Sequence record: NC_019724.1
Length of the DNA stretch: 43,741 nucleotides
Strand: one strand, 5' to 3'
DNA from: Escherichia phage HK578
The notes under the pieces are model-generated. The model saw nothing but the letters and a program-made list of their open reading frames with translations. It was not told the origin of the DNA and searched no databases. This document shows positions 35,575 to 43,678 of the stretch, piece after piece. Position 1 is the first letter of the stretch; each line of letters opens with the position of its first letter. The position numbers and the translations under genes were made by a program.

Positions 35575-36003
35575 ATGAGCACAAACGAGACCTTAAATCG
35601 CTGGAACCATAAGAAATGGCCCCACCAAATTAACCGCGCCACCGAGGATGATAATACCATCGCTTTCGGCGATATGGACGCGGACCCTATGACCCCTGAG
35701 CAAATAGCCGCCGATGTGCTGTCAATGGACCGACATACGGCTTCGGAAATAATCGTTGCTCTGATAAACGAAATAAGCGGCAGCTATAACGAACTGAATG
35801 ACCTGTACGCGGAGCTTGACCTGTTGAAAGGTGGCGCTATCGCAGCGGTGCGTAAATCCGAAGAGGCAGCACGCGAGATGGCTATCGCCCGCGAGAAATA
35901 TATGCCTGTCGTTAAGCGCCTGCGTGCGGAAGGCTTGTCATGGAATCAGATCGCCGAGATGACTGGAATCAACCGTTCTACAATCCGCCAGTGGGCTAAA
36001 TGA
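35575..36003 (+). CDS. putative HTH DNA-binding regulator
   Basis: 142 aa; C-terminal helix-turn-helix LSWNQIAEMTGINRSTIRQWAK; first gene downstream of the rightward promoter. Confidence 0.55.
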   Translation: MSTNETLNRWNHKKWPHQINRATEDDNTIAFGDMDADPMTPEQIAADVLSMDRHTASEIIVALINEISGSYNELNDLYAELDLLKGGAIAAVRKSEEAAREMAIAREKYMPVVKRLRAEGLSWNQIAEMTGINRSTIRQWAK

Positions 36004-36013
36004 GACGAAAACA

Positions 36014-38275
36014 ATGAAAAATTACTTAATCGAGTTCGGCACCGTCGGCGGTAAGTACGGCAAGCGTGTTAAAAACCATTCTATGACGGAAGCCGAGTTT
36101 ATGGAATACGTCGCGGATACAGTGGAGCTGTCCGGCGTTACCATTACCGGCGACGAGACTAAGAAAGAATACGATGCGGTGAAGGGTAAGGCGGAAGGCA
36201 TTGTCGCCACCACTAAAGGCCGCGGTCGTCGCGCCACGGAAGTGGGTGTGCGTTCGGTTTTGTTCTACGATCTGGACCGCACGGACAACCGAACCCTGGG
36301 TCGTGTTAAGCGGGCATTTCGTAAATCCGGCCTGTCCCACGTCTACTACTCCACTACTGGCGACCGCCATCCGCTGAAGGGCGGCACACGTTGCGCACGT
36401 TTCCTGGTACTAACCAATAAACCGGTCGACGTTACCGATTTGGGGCGTGCTCAGTTCGCACTGTTACACGACCTCGGACTGGAAGACGTACCGTTTGACG
36501 ATTGCACAAAAAACGTCAACAACCTGCAGTTCCTCCCGCATTCCGGATCTACCGTGTCTTGCCACCACGGCAAACGTGCCAATGTGCGGCGTCTGCTCCG
36601 CCTGGCTGACAAGCTGGGGGTGGAGAAAGAGGAAGTACGCCGCGAGCTTACCCAGGGCGACGACGCAGTGGCGGACGGTATTCTGGACTGGTGCTTCCAG
36701 GCAGGATTCGAGGAGTTATCCTCCGGTCGCGGTTATGAAGTGCCTTGCCCGAACGAACATCTGCACAGCGGCGAAGGATCGACGGCCATCATGGTCAAGG
36801 ATGGCGAGATCCGTTTCAAGTGTATGCACACCGGCAACGAGTGTTGCTCGGAGCTAAATAGACACCAGCACCTGGCGCTACGTCTTATCGGGATACCGGA
36901 CCACCTGAACGTCGAGCCGCACAACATGTCCCGTAAGCAAATCGCCGCCATCCTCCCAGGGCTGGACGACGAGGAAGTCGAATCCTTATATGAACATATT
37001 GTTGATGCGGTTGGCGACGGCGAAGAATACGGCGTATGCACCGATGCGGATCTGGATAACGAGCCGGTTGCGCTGTTCAGTAAGCACGACCCGATCATCG
37101 AGGGGTTGATTAACTTTAAATCGACCTGGTATATGGCGGGCGAGTCGAATATCGGTAAGTCGTTCTATGTGCTGGGGCAGATGGGCGCGGTTGCCGCCGG
37201 TATCCCGTTTGGCGGTGCGAAGGTCGTCCAGTCGCATTGCTTCTATTTCGATGCGGAAGGCGGCGAAGCCTCCAACCAGCGTAAGGAGGCATTGCAGATC
37301 AAATACGAGCACGACCTGGACAAGCTGCACATTATCGACCTGCAATCACGCGGCTGGGATATCACCAGCAAGTCTGGCTTGCGCGAAGTTATCAGCTTTA
37401 TCAATCGCACAGCTAACGGGGAGCCGGTTGGCCTGGTGGCATTCGACTCACTCAACCAGACTGTTGCGCTGCGGTCCGCCGATGCTAAACCATTTGACGA
37501 GAACAACGCCAGCGATATGGGTGAAGTGGTCAAAGCGTTAAAAGCCATCGCGGAAAACACAGGCGGCAGTGCGGGCGTCATCCACCACCCGGCGAAAGGT
37601 GCAAACGGCAGCAGAACCCCCCGCGGGTCCGGTGCGCTTCATGGCGCTGTCGATTCTGCGTTCTTCCTGGAACAGCCGGACGACAACCAGCCGGGGCAAC
37701 TTAACCTTTATCACGAAAAATCACGTAACGGCATCAAGCAAGCGCCTCGTGGCTTCGTCCTGCTCAAGTGCAAGGTGAAGGTAGATCTCCGCAAGTCAGA
37801 AGCGTTCGCGTCGCACCAGTCCACCAGCACCGGGCCAGACTTCGGCGACGTTGTTGCCGGTTGGGACGTCAAACCAATTGCGTCCACGCCACGCGACGAG
37901 ACTCTGTACCTCGTGCCGGTCGCCCTGGCGCCGTTCGCCATCGAACAGGCGAAGGCCGCGGGCAAAGCTGCAGTTAAGGAAGAAAACGCCGCCGGTCCGC
38001 GCAACGAAAAAGAGAAAGTGCTTTATGCTGCCCTGGAAAAACTGATGGAAGATAACCCGGACCATACTGGATTTAGTAAATCGGCAATTGTCCGCCAGGC
38101 TGGACTCGCGAAGGGTGGCACTTCGACGAAGGCAATCGACGATATGGTCGAGCGCGGCGTGATTGGTTTCTACACAGATCCGCACACCGGGGCCATCTAT
38201 GGGTCGTCGAATTTAGTCATCAAATCGGATAGCCCCATAACGCTTTCGGCGACCGATGATGACCTGAAAGATTAA
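36014..38275 (+). CDS. primase-helicase (Prim-Pol domain + zinc-binding region + RecA-like ATPase)
   Basis: 753 aa; N-terminal VLFYDLD and TTGDRH (archaeo-eukaryotic primase-like), Cys/His cluster CPNEHLHSG...CMHTGNEC, Walker A GESNIGKS and Walker B LVAFDSL; C-terminal ~100 aa possible DNA-binding domain. Confidence 0.8.
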   Translation: MKNYLIEFGTVGGKYGKRVKNHSMTEAEFMEYVADTVELSGVTITGDETKKEYDAVKGKAEGIVATTKGRGRRATEVGVRSVLFYDLDRTDNRTLGRVKRAFRKSGLSHVYYSTTGDRHPLKGGTRCARFLVLTNKPVDVTDLGRAQFALLHDLGLEDVPFDDCTKNVNNLQFLPHSGSTVSCHHGKRANVRRLLRLADKLGVEKEEVRRELTQGDDAVADGILDWCFQAGFEELSSGRGYEVPCPNEHLHSGEGSTAIMVKDGEIRFKCMHTGNECCSELNRHQHLALRLIGIPDHLNVEPHNMSRKQIAAILPGLDDEEVESLYEHIVDAVGDGEEYGVCTDADLDNEPVALFSKHDPIIEGLINFKSTWYMAGESNIGKSFYVLGQMGAVAAGIPFGGAKVVQSHCFYFDAEGGEASNQRKEALQIKYEHDLDKLHIIDLQSRGWDITSKSGLREVISFINRTANGEPVGLVAFDSLNQTVALRSADAKPFDENNASDMGEVVKALKAIAENTGGSAGVIHHPAKGANGSRTPRGSGALHGAVDSAFFLEQPDDNQPGQLNLYHEKSRNGIKQAPRGFVLLKCKVKVDLRKSEAFASHQSTSTGPDFGDVVAGWDVKPIASTPRDETLYLVPVALAPFAIEQAKAAGKAAVKEENAAGPRNEKEKVLYAALEKLMEDNPDHTGFSKSAIVRQAGLAKGGTSTKAIDDMVERGVIGFYTDPHTGAIYGSSNLVIKSDSPITLSATDDDLKD

Positions 38276-38347
38276 ATTTTGCGCGCATTGGTTGCCATTT
38301 TGAGTGTTTTTAGCTGGTCGCATTGGTTGCCGTGTAGTGTGAATATA

Positions 38348-38539
38348 GTGAATAGTTATGCAGTTTTATTGCATAAAGCAAGCGGGACAAAAAGCGGGAC
38401 AGACCAGGGGCGGGACAAAGCGGGACAGCACCCCCTGTCCCGCCCGGCTGGCGCGGCTCTCAGAGGAGCGGGACAGGCGGGACAAACCCCAGTCTTTCAG
38501 ACTAGACGGGGGGTCAATGGCCCCCCTCGTCTGAGACTG
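38348..38539 (+). repeat. ~190-bp dispersed repeat, copy B (GGGACA iterons + hairpin)
   Basis: seven GGGACA/TGTCCC copies at 38384-38484 and hairpin 38490-38539; homologous to 11246..11435. Confidence 0.75.
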
Positions 38540-38698
38540 CATAAAATCCCGGATTGCATAATACACGGCAGCATGTTGCGGATTGCGGTCGTCGCTGAAC
38601 TAGGCAACCAATGCGAGTTGCAGAATGGTGGGTGAAAAATGCAGTTTGCAGTCACAGCAGATAGCGATCAACTTTTTCATGCGCGTGATTAATATTGG

Positions 38699-38727
38699 TT
38701 GCATCCGCCCCAGCACCCTGCTATATT
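38699..38727 (+). promoter_or_regulatory. sigma70-like promoter for 38755 gene
   Basis: TTGCAT-17 nt-TATATT; ATTGGTTGCA copies at 38694-38703 and 38725-38734; downstream 22-mer identical to the one upstream of 5078..5485. Confidence 0.45.
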
Positions 38728-38754
38728 GGTTGCACACCAACAGGAGGGCGGAAC

Positions 38755-38934
38755 ATGAAAACCGAAATGGTTGATAAGCACGAAATCAAGATCGGAGATA
38801 CGGTAGTCCACAACGGGGAGCTTCGCACTGTGTGCAAGCGAGCGTTTAGCATCGATGAATTTATGGGCCTGCTACTTTGGGGCGACAGCTACCGTTTAGG
38901 GTATAAACTGGTTGAGAGGGTTACGGAACTATGA
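38755..38934 (+). CDS. hypothetical small protein
   Basis: 59 aa from ATG 38755 (MKTEMVDKHEIK...) with SD AGGAGGG. Confidence 0.45.
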   Translation: MKTEMVDKHEIKIGDTVVHNGELRTVCKRAFSIDEFMGLLLWGDSYRLGYKLVERVTEL

Positions 38935-39236
38935 AAGCGATTATCTGGAATTACTCCCTGGCCGTGGCAAAGCTGGACGAAGCGAAGGCACTAAACAGCA
39001 ACGTATACCCGGCACTTCAGGTCGCGATACTGGCGCATCAATCACTTCGCAGCGCGCTTTACGGTATGGGCGCCAGCATGGACGAACTGAGGCCGTTGCG
39101 TATGGCAATCCACGAATACGCGCGGGCATTCTCTCGTGAGCGCCTGGCGTATCGCTTCGGGATCGGTGAGACGGCAGCGACAAACATCGCCCGGATTGCA
39201 GCCCAACGCGAGCTATTCGCCCAGCTTGCGAAATAA
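38931..39236 (+). CDS. hypothetical protein
   Basis: 101 aa, start overlaps upstream stop (ATGA). Confidence 0.5.
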   Translation: MKAIIWNYSLAVAKLDEAKALNSNVYPALQVAILAHQSLRSALYGMGASMDELRPLRMAIHEYARAFSRERLAYRFGIGETAATNIARIAAQRELFAQLAK

Positions 39237-39245
39237 GGGGCCAAA

Positions 39246-39515
39246 ATGGACCGCAGACGAGCTAAACAGCTTTCATGGCATATTCCACTGCACTGCATAC
39301 GAATATGGGCTAATAATGCGATTGAGGGCGATTCTGTGTTCTGGAGCTATCGCGATGATGTGAAGCCATTAACGCAGACTCGCTACTTGCACCAGTTCGC
39401 CGCACAACATGATTTCTATGTGCGGACCTCCTTGCAACCAATGGGGATCCGTATTACATTACGCCGGAAGCCCGCAGTCGAGCGGGTAGGCGAACACTGG
39501 AGACTGCGCAAATGA
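39246..39515 (+). CDS. hypothetical protein
   Basis: 89 aa, ATG 39246 with SD AAGGGG. Confidence 0.45.
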   Translation: MDRRRAKQLSWHIPLHCIRIWANNAIEGDSVFWSYRDDVKPLTQTRYLHQFAAQHDFYVRTSLQPMGIRITLRRKPAVERVGEHWRLRK

Positions 39516-39641
39516 TGATAGGCGGATTCCCGCAAAACTAATAGACCTGCATATGTGCGTACTTGACTACGAACAAAACGGCATCGCTACGGTGTGCGAT
39601 GGCGACACGAAGACTGTCGACGAGATTGAGGAGACCGAGCA

Positions 39642-40166
39642 ATGAAATTACTATTCCGCCGTAAAGCAGACGGCAAAATCCTGAGACCAATACAGACCCT
39701 TGAGGCACACGTCCGCTTGCACCACGCCGCGAGTGATCGTGTATGGTGGGCGAAGAAAGACAAGCTGTCTGAGAACTACGAAGTCCTCACTCACGATATT
39801 GAGCGCGGCGATGTGCTGCGTGATATTCGCGACGGGCAATTGTGGGTCGTGGAGCACACCCACCAGCACGGCTTGCGGTTGAAGTCCGGCATCTTGTTGA
39901 AGGGGATGACTTACTTCGGCCTTGTCAACTACGAGCGAGTAGGCCGCAAATACTGCCCTCGTGACCGCCAGCCGCGTGAGCGCGCGACTTACGACGCGAG
40001 CAAAGTGATGGAGCCGATCCGCCAGGCCACGCGAGAGATAGTCAATCGCTTTGATGCCGTGACGAATGCACAGCGCCAGGCGCGGGAATACGGTGTGGGG
40101 TTTATCCGGGTGGAACGAGACGGCAGCATGAAAGCCATAGACCCGCGCTCGGTGATTCTGAAATGA
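39642..40166 (+). CDS. hypothetical protein
   Basis: 174 aa, SD GAGGAG upstream. Confidence 0.5.
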   Translation: MKLLFRRKADGKILRPIQTLEAHVRLHHAASDRVWWAKKDKLSENYEVLTHDIERGDVLRDIRDGQLWVVEHTHQHGLRLKSGILLKGMTYFGLVNYERVGRKYCPRDRQPRERATYDASKVMEPIRQATREIVNRFDAVTNAQRQAREYGVGFIRVERDGSMKAIDPRSVILK

Positions 40167-40303
40167 GTGCGGCTATCCGTGATATGCTTCAGCACAACCG
40201 CTTTGAGATAGGAGGGCGAGTATTTCGCAATTACTTCGTGGCGCGTGCATGGGCGCGCCATATTGGCAAACCGGAATGGGCAATACGATGTTACACGATG
40301 TGA
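40163..40303 (+). CDS. small hypothetical protein (not in ORF track)
   Basis: 46 codons (MSAAIRDMLQHNRFEIGGRVFRNYF...) starting in ATGA overlap with upstream stop; weak. Confidence 0.3.
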   Translation: MSAAIRDMLQHNRFEIGGRVFRNYFVARAWARHIGKPEWAIRCYTM

Positions 40304-40575
40304 TTTATTGGTTTGGTTTGATCTGCGGGCTGTGCCTGCTTACCGCGGTGCTGTTGGGCGTTCTGATGTTCGTAGTATGGCCCGCTGTGGAAGCCGCCAG
40401 CATTACCCGCATGACGTTCGAGATCTACAAGCGCCGTGGAATCACGGAGCACCCGACAAGGTTGCGCATGTGGTGGCTGTGGTATCGGGATATGATAGGC
40501 GGTAGAACATTCGAAGCCGTCCGATCATCCGGGTGGGAATGGAAAGGCGTCGGCAAGTGGTCCATTTTCGATTAA
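40288..40575 (+). CDS. small membrane protein
   Basis: 95 aa from ATG 40288 (MLHDVIYWFGLICGLCLLTAVLLGVLMFVVW...); one clear TM helix; start uncertain (alternative 40249). Confidence 0.4.
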   Translation: MLHDVIYWFGLICGLCLLTAVLLGVLMFVVWPAVEAASITRMTFEIYKRRGITEHPTRLRMWWLWYRDMIGGRTFEAVRSSGWEWKGVGKWSIFD

Positions 40576-40594
40576 ATATGCAAGCGTGATATAG

Positions 40595-40627
40595 TCCCAG
40601 TGAGCTAAAACTTACTGGGACTTTTTT
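40595..40627 (+). terminator. terminator-like hairpin abutting the holin start codon
   Basis: TCCCAGT-12-nt loop-ACTGGGA followed by CTTTTTT, then ATG 40628 with no SD. Confidence 0.45.
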
Positions 40628-40918
40628 ATGGATAAGCTAAACGAGTGGCTATTCGCCCTGGCATGTCTGGCGGGTGGCTTCGTAGGCGCACGCCTTCATG
40701 GTGAGGCTACGAAAGGGCCGCTAAACTTCGTTTTGTATGTCGTAGTTGGCTTCCTGTGTGCCATATTTGGCGCACCGGCTATTGCCGAGTGGGCTGGTTT
40801 GTCGGGTGAGCGCACTGTCGCCGGTTTGGGCTTCGTAACCGCGATTTTCTGGATGCCAATCGCCGACCGGATCAGGGAGACTATTGCGTCGTTCCGACTT
40901 CCGGGGGGTGTAAAATGA
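40628..40918 (+). CDS. putative holin
   Basis: 96 aa with ~3 predicted TM segments and charged C-terminus, two genes upstream of the lysozyme gene. Confidence 0.55.
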   Translation: MDKLNEWLFALACLAGGFVGARLHGEATKGPLNFVLYVVVGFLCAIFGAPAIAEWAGLSGERTVAGLGFVTAIFWMPIADRIRETIASFRLPGGVK

Positions 40919-41160
40919 TTATCACCGTCCTGTTGTTTGTTATCATAGGGGCTTCGTCCCTGTTTAACGTGTATGCGCCGTCCGTCCAGGATGGCATCTT
41001 GGGCCGGGTGCTGTATCTGTTAACGGCAATGGTCTGTATTATCGGATTGCTGCAAACAGGAGACGTATCAGATACCACCTGGACCGCGTTAATCTGGCTG
41101 TTTGCATTGCGCACCCTGCGTAATGCTGTTTTGAATGGGGTAAAACATGCGATTCAGTGA
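40915..41160 (+). CDS. small membrane protein (second holin or antiholin-like)
   Basis: 81 aa, ~3 hydrophobic segments, SD GGGGGGTG, overlaps both neighbours. Confidence 0.5.
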   Translation: MIITVLLFVIIGASSLFNVYAPSVQDGILGRVLYLLTAMVCIIGLLQTGDVSDTTWTALIWLFALRTLRNAVLNGVKHAIQ

Positions 41161-41638
41161 TAACGGTCTACGATTTACGGCAGCATGGGAGACTTTCAGC
41201 CCAGTGCCGTATTTCGCGACTAAGAAAGAGCAGGCCCGCGGCCTGTACACCTGGGGTTATGGTCATACTGGCACTAATCCGCCTCGAAGCATTACCCGCG
41301 AGGAAGCGCTGGAACTGCTCAAGCGCGATGTGGCGTATGCCGAGGACTGGGTGAACAAATACGCGCATAAGAGCATTAACCAGGCGCAATTCGACGCGCT
41401 GGTGGACCTGGTAATCAATGCCGGTCCGGGGCCGATCGTACCGGATGACGTCGCGAATGATTTCGATGATGCGGTGCGACTGGGAGACTGGGCGAAGGTC
41501 CGTGCTACGCTGCCGCAGTTCCGAAAACAAGGCGGTGAAGTGCTTAAGGGTCTGGTGCGCCGTGCAATCGGCAGACAGGCGCTATTCGATGGTAAGCAGT
41601 GGGACGTTGCCGAGCGAATCGGTCGTAACGCTGCATAA
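41147..41638 (+). CDS. endolysin (GH24 lysozyme)
   Basis: 163 aa; catalytic-region pattern WETFSPVPYF...YTWGYGHTG and INQAQFDALVDLVINAG resembling lambda R / T4 e-type lysozymes. Confidence 0.85.
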   Translation: MRFSDNGLRFTAAWETFSPVPYFATKKEQARGLYTWGYGHTGTNPPRSITREEALELLKRDVAYAEDWVNKYAHKSINQAQFDALVDLVINAGPGPIVPDDVANDFDDAVRLGDWAKVRATLPQFRKQGGEVLKGLVRRAIGRQALFDGKQWDVAERIGRNAA

Positions 41639-41654
41639 GACGAGGTGACACGAT

Positions 41655-42056
41655 ATGTTAGATTCGATCTTGCGACGTAAAGAACGCATTATCAAGACAC
41701 TGCCCGCAGTGCAGAACCCAGAAGCGCGCCGCATCCTGGCAGGGGATATGAATGTATCAGGCGTCTTCGACAAGGCCGTGCCTGAAGGGACGCCGGTGGC
41801 GAGCGCTACCGTTACCATCACGCCAGCTACCGCCGCAGTTGGTGAGACCGCCGCCGCGACTGTTGCCATCCTGCCATCCGGCGCGACCAACAAGGCCGGA
41901 TCGTGGGTGTCGGCGAACCCTAACCGCGCCTCAATCAATCCGACTACCGGCGAAATCACCGCGAAAGCTGCGGGTAACGTCCGCATCGTTTGGGTGGCGT
42001 CCGACGGTAGCGGGGTGCAGGCTGACGCAGGCTTCACAGTAACGGCAGCAGAGTAA
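41655..42056 (+). CDS. Ig-like (Big_2-type) domain protein
   Basis: 133 aa; C-terminal ~80 aa Thr/Ala/Val-rich with pattern typical of bacterial Ig-like group 2 domains; followed by terminator. Confidence 0.5.
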   Translation: MLDSILRRKERIIKTLPAVQNPEARRILAGDMNVSGVFDKAVPEGTPVASATVTITPATAAVGETAAATVAILPSGATNKAGSWVSANPNRASINPTTGEITAKAAGNVRIVWVASDGSGVQADAGFTVTAAE

Positions 42057-42062
42057 ACCAAC

Positions 42063-42088
42063 AAGCCCGGTTAATTCCGGGCTTTTTA
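42063..42088 (+). terminator. intrinsic terminator
   Basis: AAGCCCGG-ttaatt-CCGGGCTT followed by TTTT. Confidence 0.7.
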
Positions 42089-42151
42089 TTGCTTGACTTG
42101 CAACCAACATAGACGCCATACTGCGACCAATCAACGAGAGGAGTAATCAAG

Positions 42152-42232
42152 ATGGCACGTAAAGATATTTGGGTATTAGCGATCTGGACCACCGCGGCTT
42201 TTATCGGCATGGTTATTTGCGAATTGATATAG
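42152..42232 (+). CDS. hydrophobic micro-ORF (26 aa)
   Basis: MARKDIWVLAIWTTAAFIGMVICELI; SD GAGAGGAG 8 nt upstream; preceded by TTGACT and two motif copies; not in ORF track (below length cutoff). Confidence 0.35.
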   Translation: MARKDIWVLAIWTTAAFIGMVICELI

Positions 42233-42293
42233 CCCGCCGCCATACGGACCGTGATATATTGTCCACGGTCCACTAATCAGGAATTAATTAAAT

Positions 42294-43436
42294 ATGCACC
42301 CGCAAACTAAAATTACCGATGAGCAATTGATCGCAGAAATTCAGGCAGGGACTACGGTTAAAGAGATTGCGAAGAAATACGGGATTGCCCTGCGCAATGT
42401 CTATATGCGGAAAGCCCGCCTGTCGAAAAAAGGAATTGGGCACGGCAACGACGCCGTAATCCGCAAGCGCGTTGCCGATGGATTCGGCGTTAAGCGCGTA
42501 TCGGCCCTGGTGCGCGGCAATGGCGAAGAGGTCATGTCGTGGGTCATCACTGAGCAGGATAAGGAGCGCCAACTCGAAGCTATGCGCGCTGTTGTCGAAG
42601 GTATGAACAGCGAAATCACACCGGCAGCGCCAGTAAAGGCCCCGCCAGTCCCGATCCAGGCGCTCGACTTGCTCAACCTGTACACTGTGTCCGACTTCCA
42701 CTTGGGCATGTTGGCATGGGGTGAGGAGACTGGCGAAGACTGGGATATGGCGATTGCTGAAGACCTGTTCTACCGCTGGTTTGTCGAAGCCTTCGCCCGC
42801 GCACCGGACGCAGGCACTGCCGTTATCAATATCCTCGGCGATATGGCCCACTTTGACAGCCTTGATGCCGTCACACCAGCAAGCGGTCACGTACTGGACG
42901 CCGACACGCGATACCAGAAGTTGGTCCGCTATATGATACGCATGGTGCGCAACGTCGTAGAACTGGCGCTGCAAAAACACCACAAAGTCAAACTGCTAAT
43001 CGTCCAGGGTAATCATGACGAATCGGGTATGATTTGGCTTGCTGAGATGTTCAATACCTTGTATGAGAACGAGCCGCGCGTTGATGTGGACACGTCCCCG
43101 GACGTCTACAAAATGGTGCAGCACGGTAAGACTACGCTATTCTTCCACCACGGGCACAAAGCGCGATTCGATGTTATCGAGCAGGTTATGATCGCTAAAT
43201 TTAGACAGGCATTCGGGTCGAGCGAATACAGCTACGCGCACGTAGGCCATTTGCACCACCAGAAGATTGTCGAGTCTCGCAACATGATTGTTGAACAGCA
43301 CAGGACGCTCGCAGCGAAAGACGCCTACGCCAGCCGCGGCGGCTGGATGAGCGGTCGCAGTGCCAACGTCATTACCTACAGCGCCAACTACGGCGAAGTA
43401 GCGCGCTTAACCATTAGCCCGGAAATGTTGAAATGA
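42294..43436 (+). CDS. HTH domain fused to calcineurin-like metallophosphoesterase
   Basis: 380 aa; N-terminal HTH (TVKEIAKKYGIALRNVYMR); phosphoesterase motifs SDFHLG, GDMAHFD, LIVQGNHDE, FFHHGH, VGHLHH. Confidence 0.6.
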   Translation: MHPQTKITDEQLIAEIQAGTTVKEIAKKYGIALRNVYMRKARLSKKGIGHGNDAVIRKRVADGFGVKRVSALVRGNGEEVMSWVITEQDKERQLEAMRAVVEGMNSEITPAAPVKAPPVPIQALDLLNLYTVSDFHLGMLAWGEETGEDWDMAIAEDLFYRWFVEAFARAPDAGTAVINILGDMAHFDSLDAVTPASGHVLDADTRYQKLVRYMIRMVRNVVELALQKHHKVKLLIVQGNHDESGMIWLAEMFNTLYENEPRVDVDTSPDVYKMVQHGKTTLFFHHGHKARFDVIEQVMIAKFRQAFGSSEYSYAHVGHLHHQKIVESRNMIVEQHRTLAAKDAYASRGGWMSGRSANVITYSANYGEVARLTISPEMLK

Positions 43437-43645
43437 TTAGACAAGTATTCATGAGCACGCAGGCGGCCCGCCTGAAAGAGCTACGCAAACAACTCGAAGG
43501 CTTGCGACGATTCGAACGAACGGCAGCGGCAATCGGCATGTCTATTAGCGAGCGGATCGAGATACTATCGCAAATACGCTACACAGAAGGCGCGATAAGC
43601 GAAGTAGAAAGCATGTTAACCCGATACTACGGTCGCGCCGTTTAG
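43433..43645 (+). CDS. hypothetical small protein
   Basis: 70 aa, start overlaps upstream stop (ATGA), followed by terminator. Confidence 0.45.
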   Translation: MIRQVFMSTQAARLKELRKQLEGLRRFERTAAAIGMSISERIEILSQIRYTEGAISEVESMLTRYYGRAV

Positions 43646-43652
43646 CCCTCCT

Positions 43653-43678
43653 AGCCCGCCGATTTGGTGGGCTTTTTT
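43653..43678 (+). terminator. intrinsic terminator
   Basis: AGCCCGCC-gattt-GGTGGGCT followed by TTTTTT. Confidence 0.7.

Noticed and set aside
38279-38635. Track ORFs 38279..38635 (+) and 38366..38566 (-) in the second repeat copy
   Set aside because: Same reasoning: low-complexity translation of iteron DNA and no conservation of reading frame between the two copies.
42034-42273. Minus-strand ORF 42034..42273
   Set aside because: Overlaps the plus-strand terminator, promoter-like element and micro-ORF; no SD; likely spurious.
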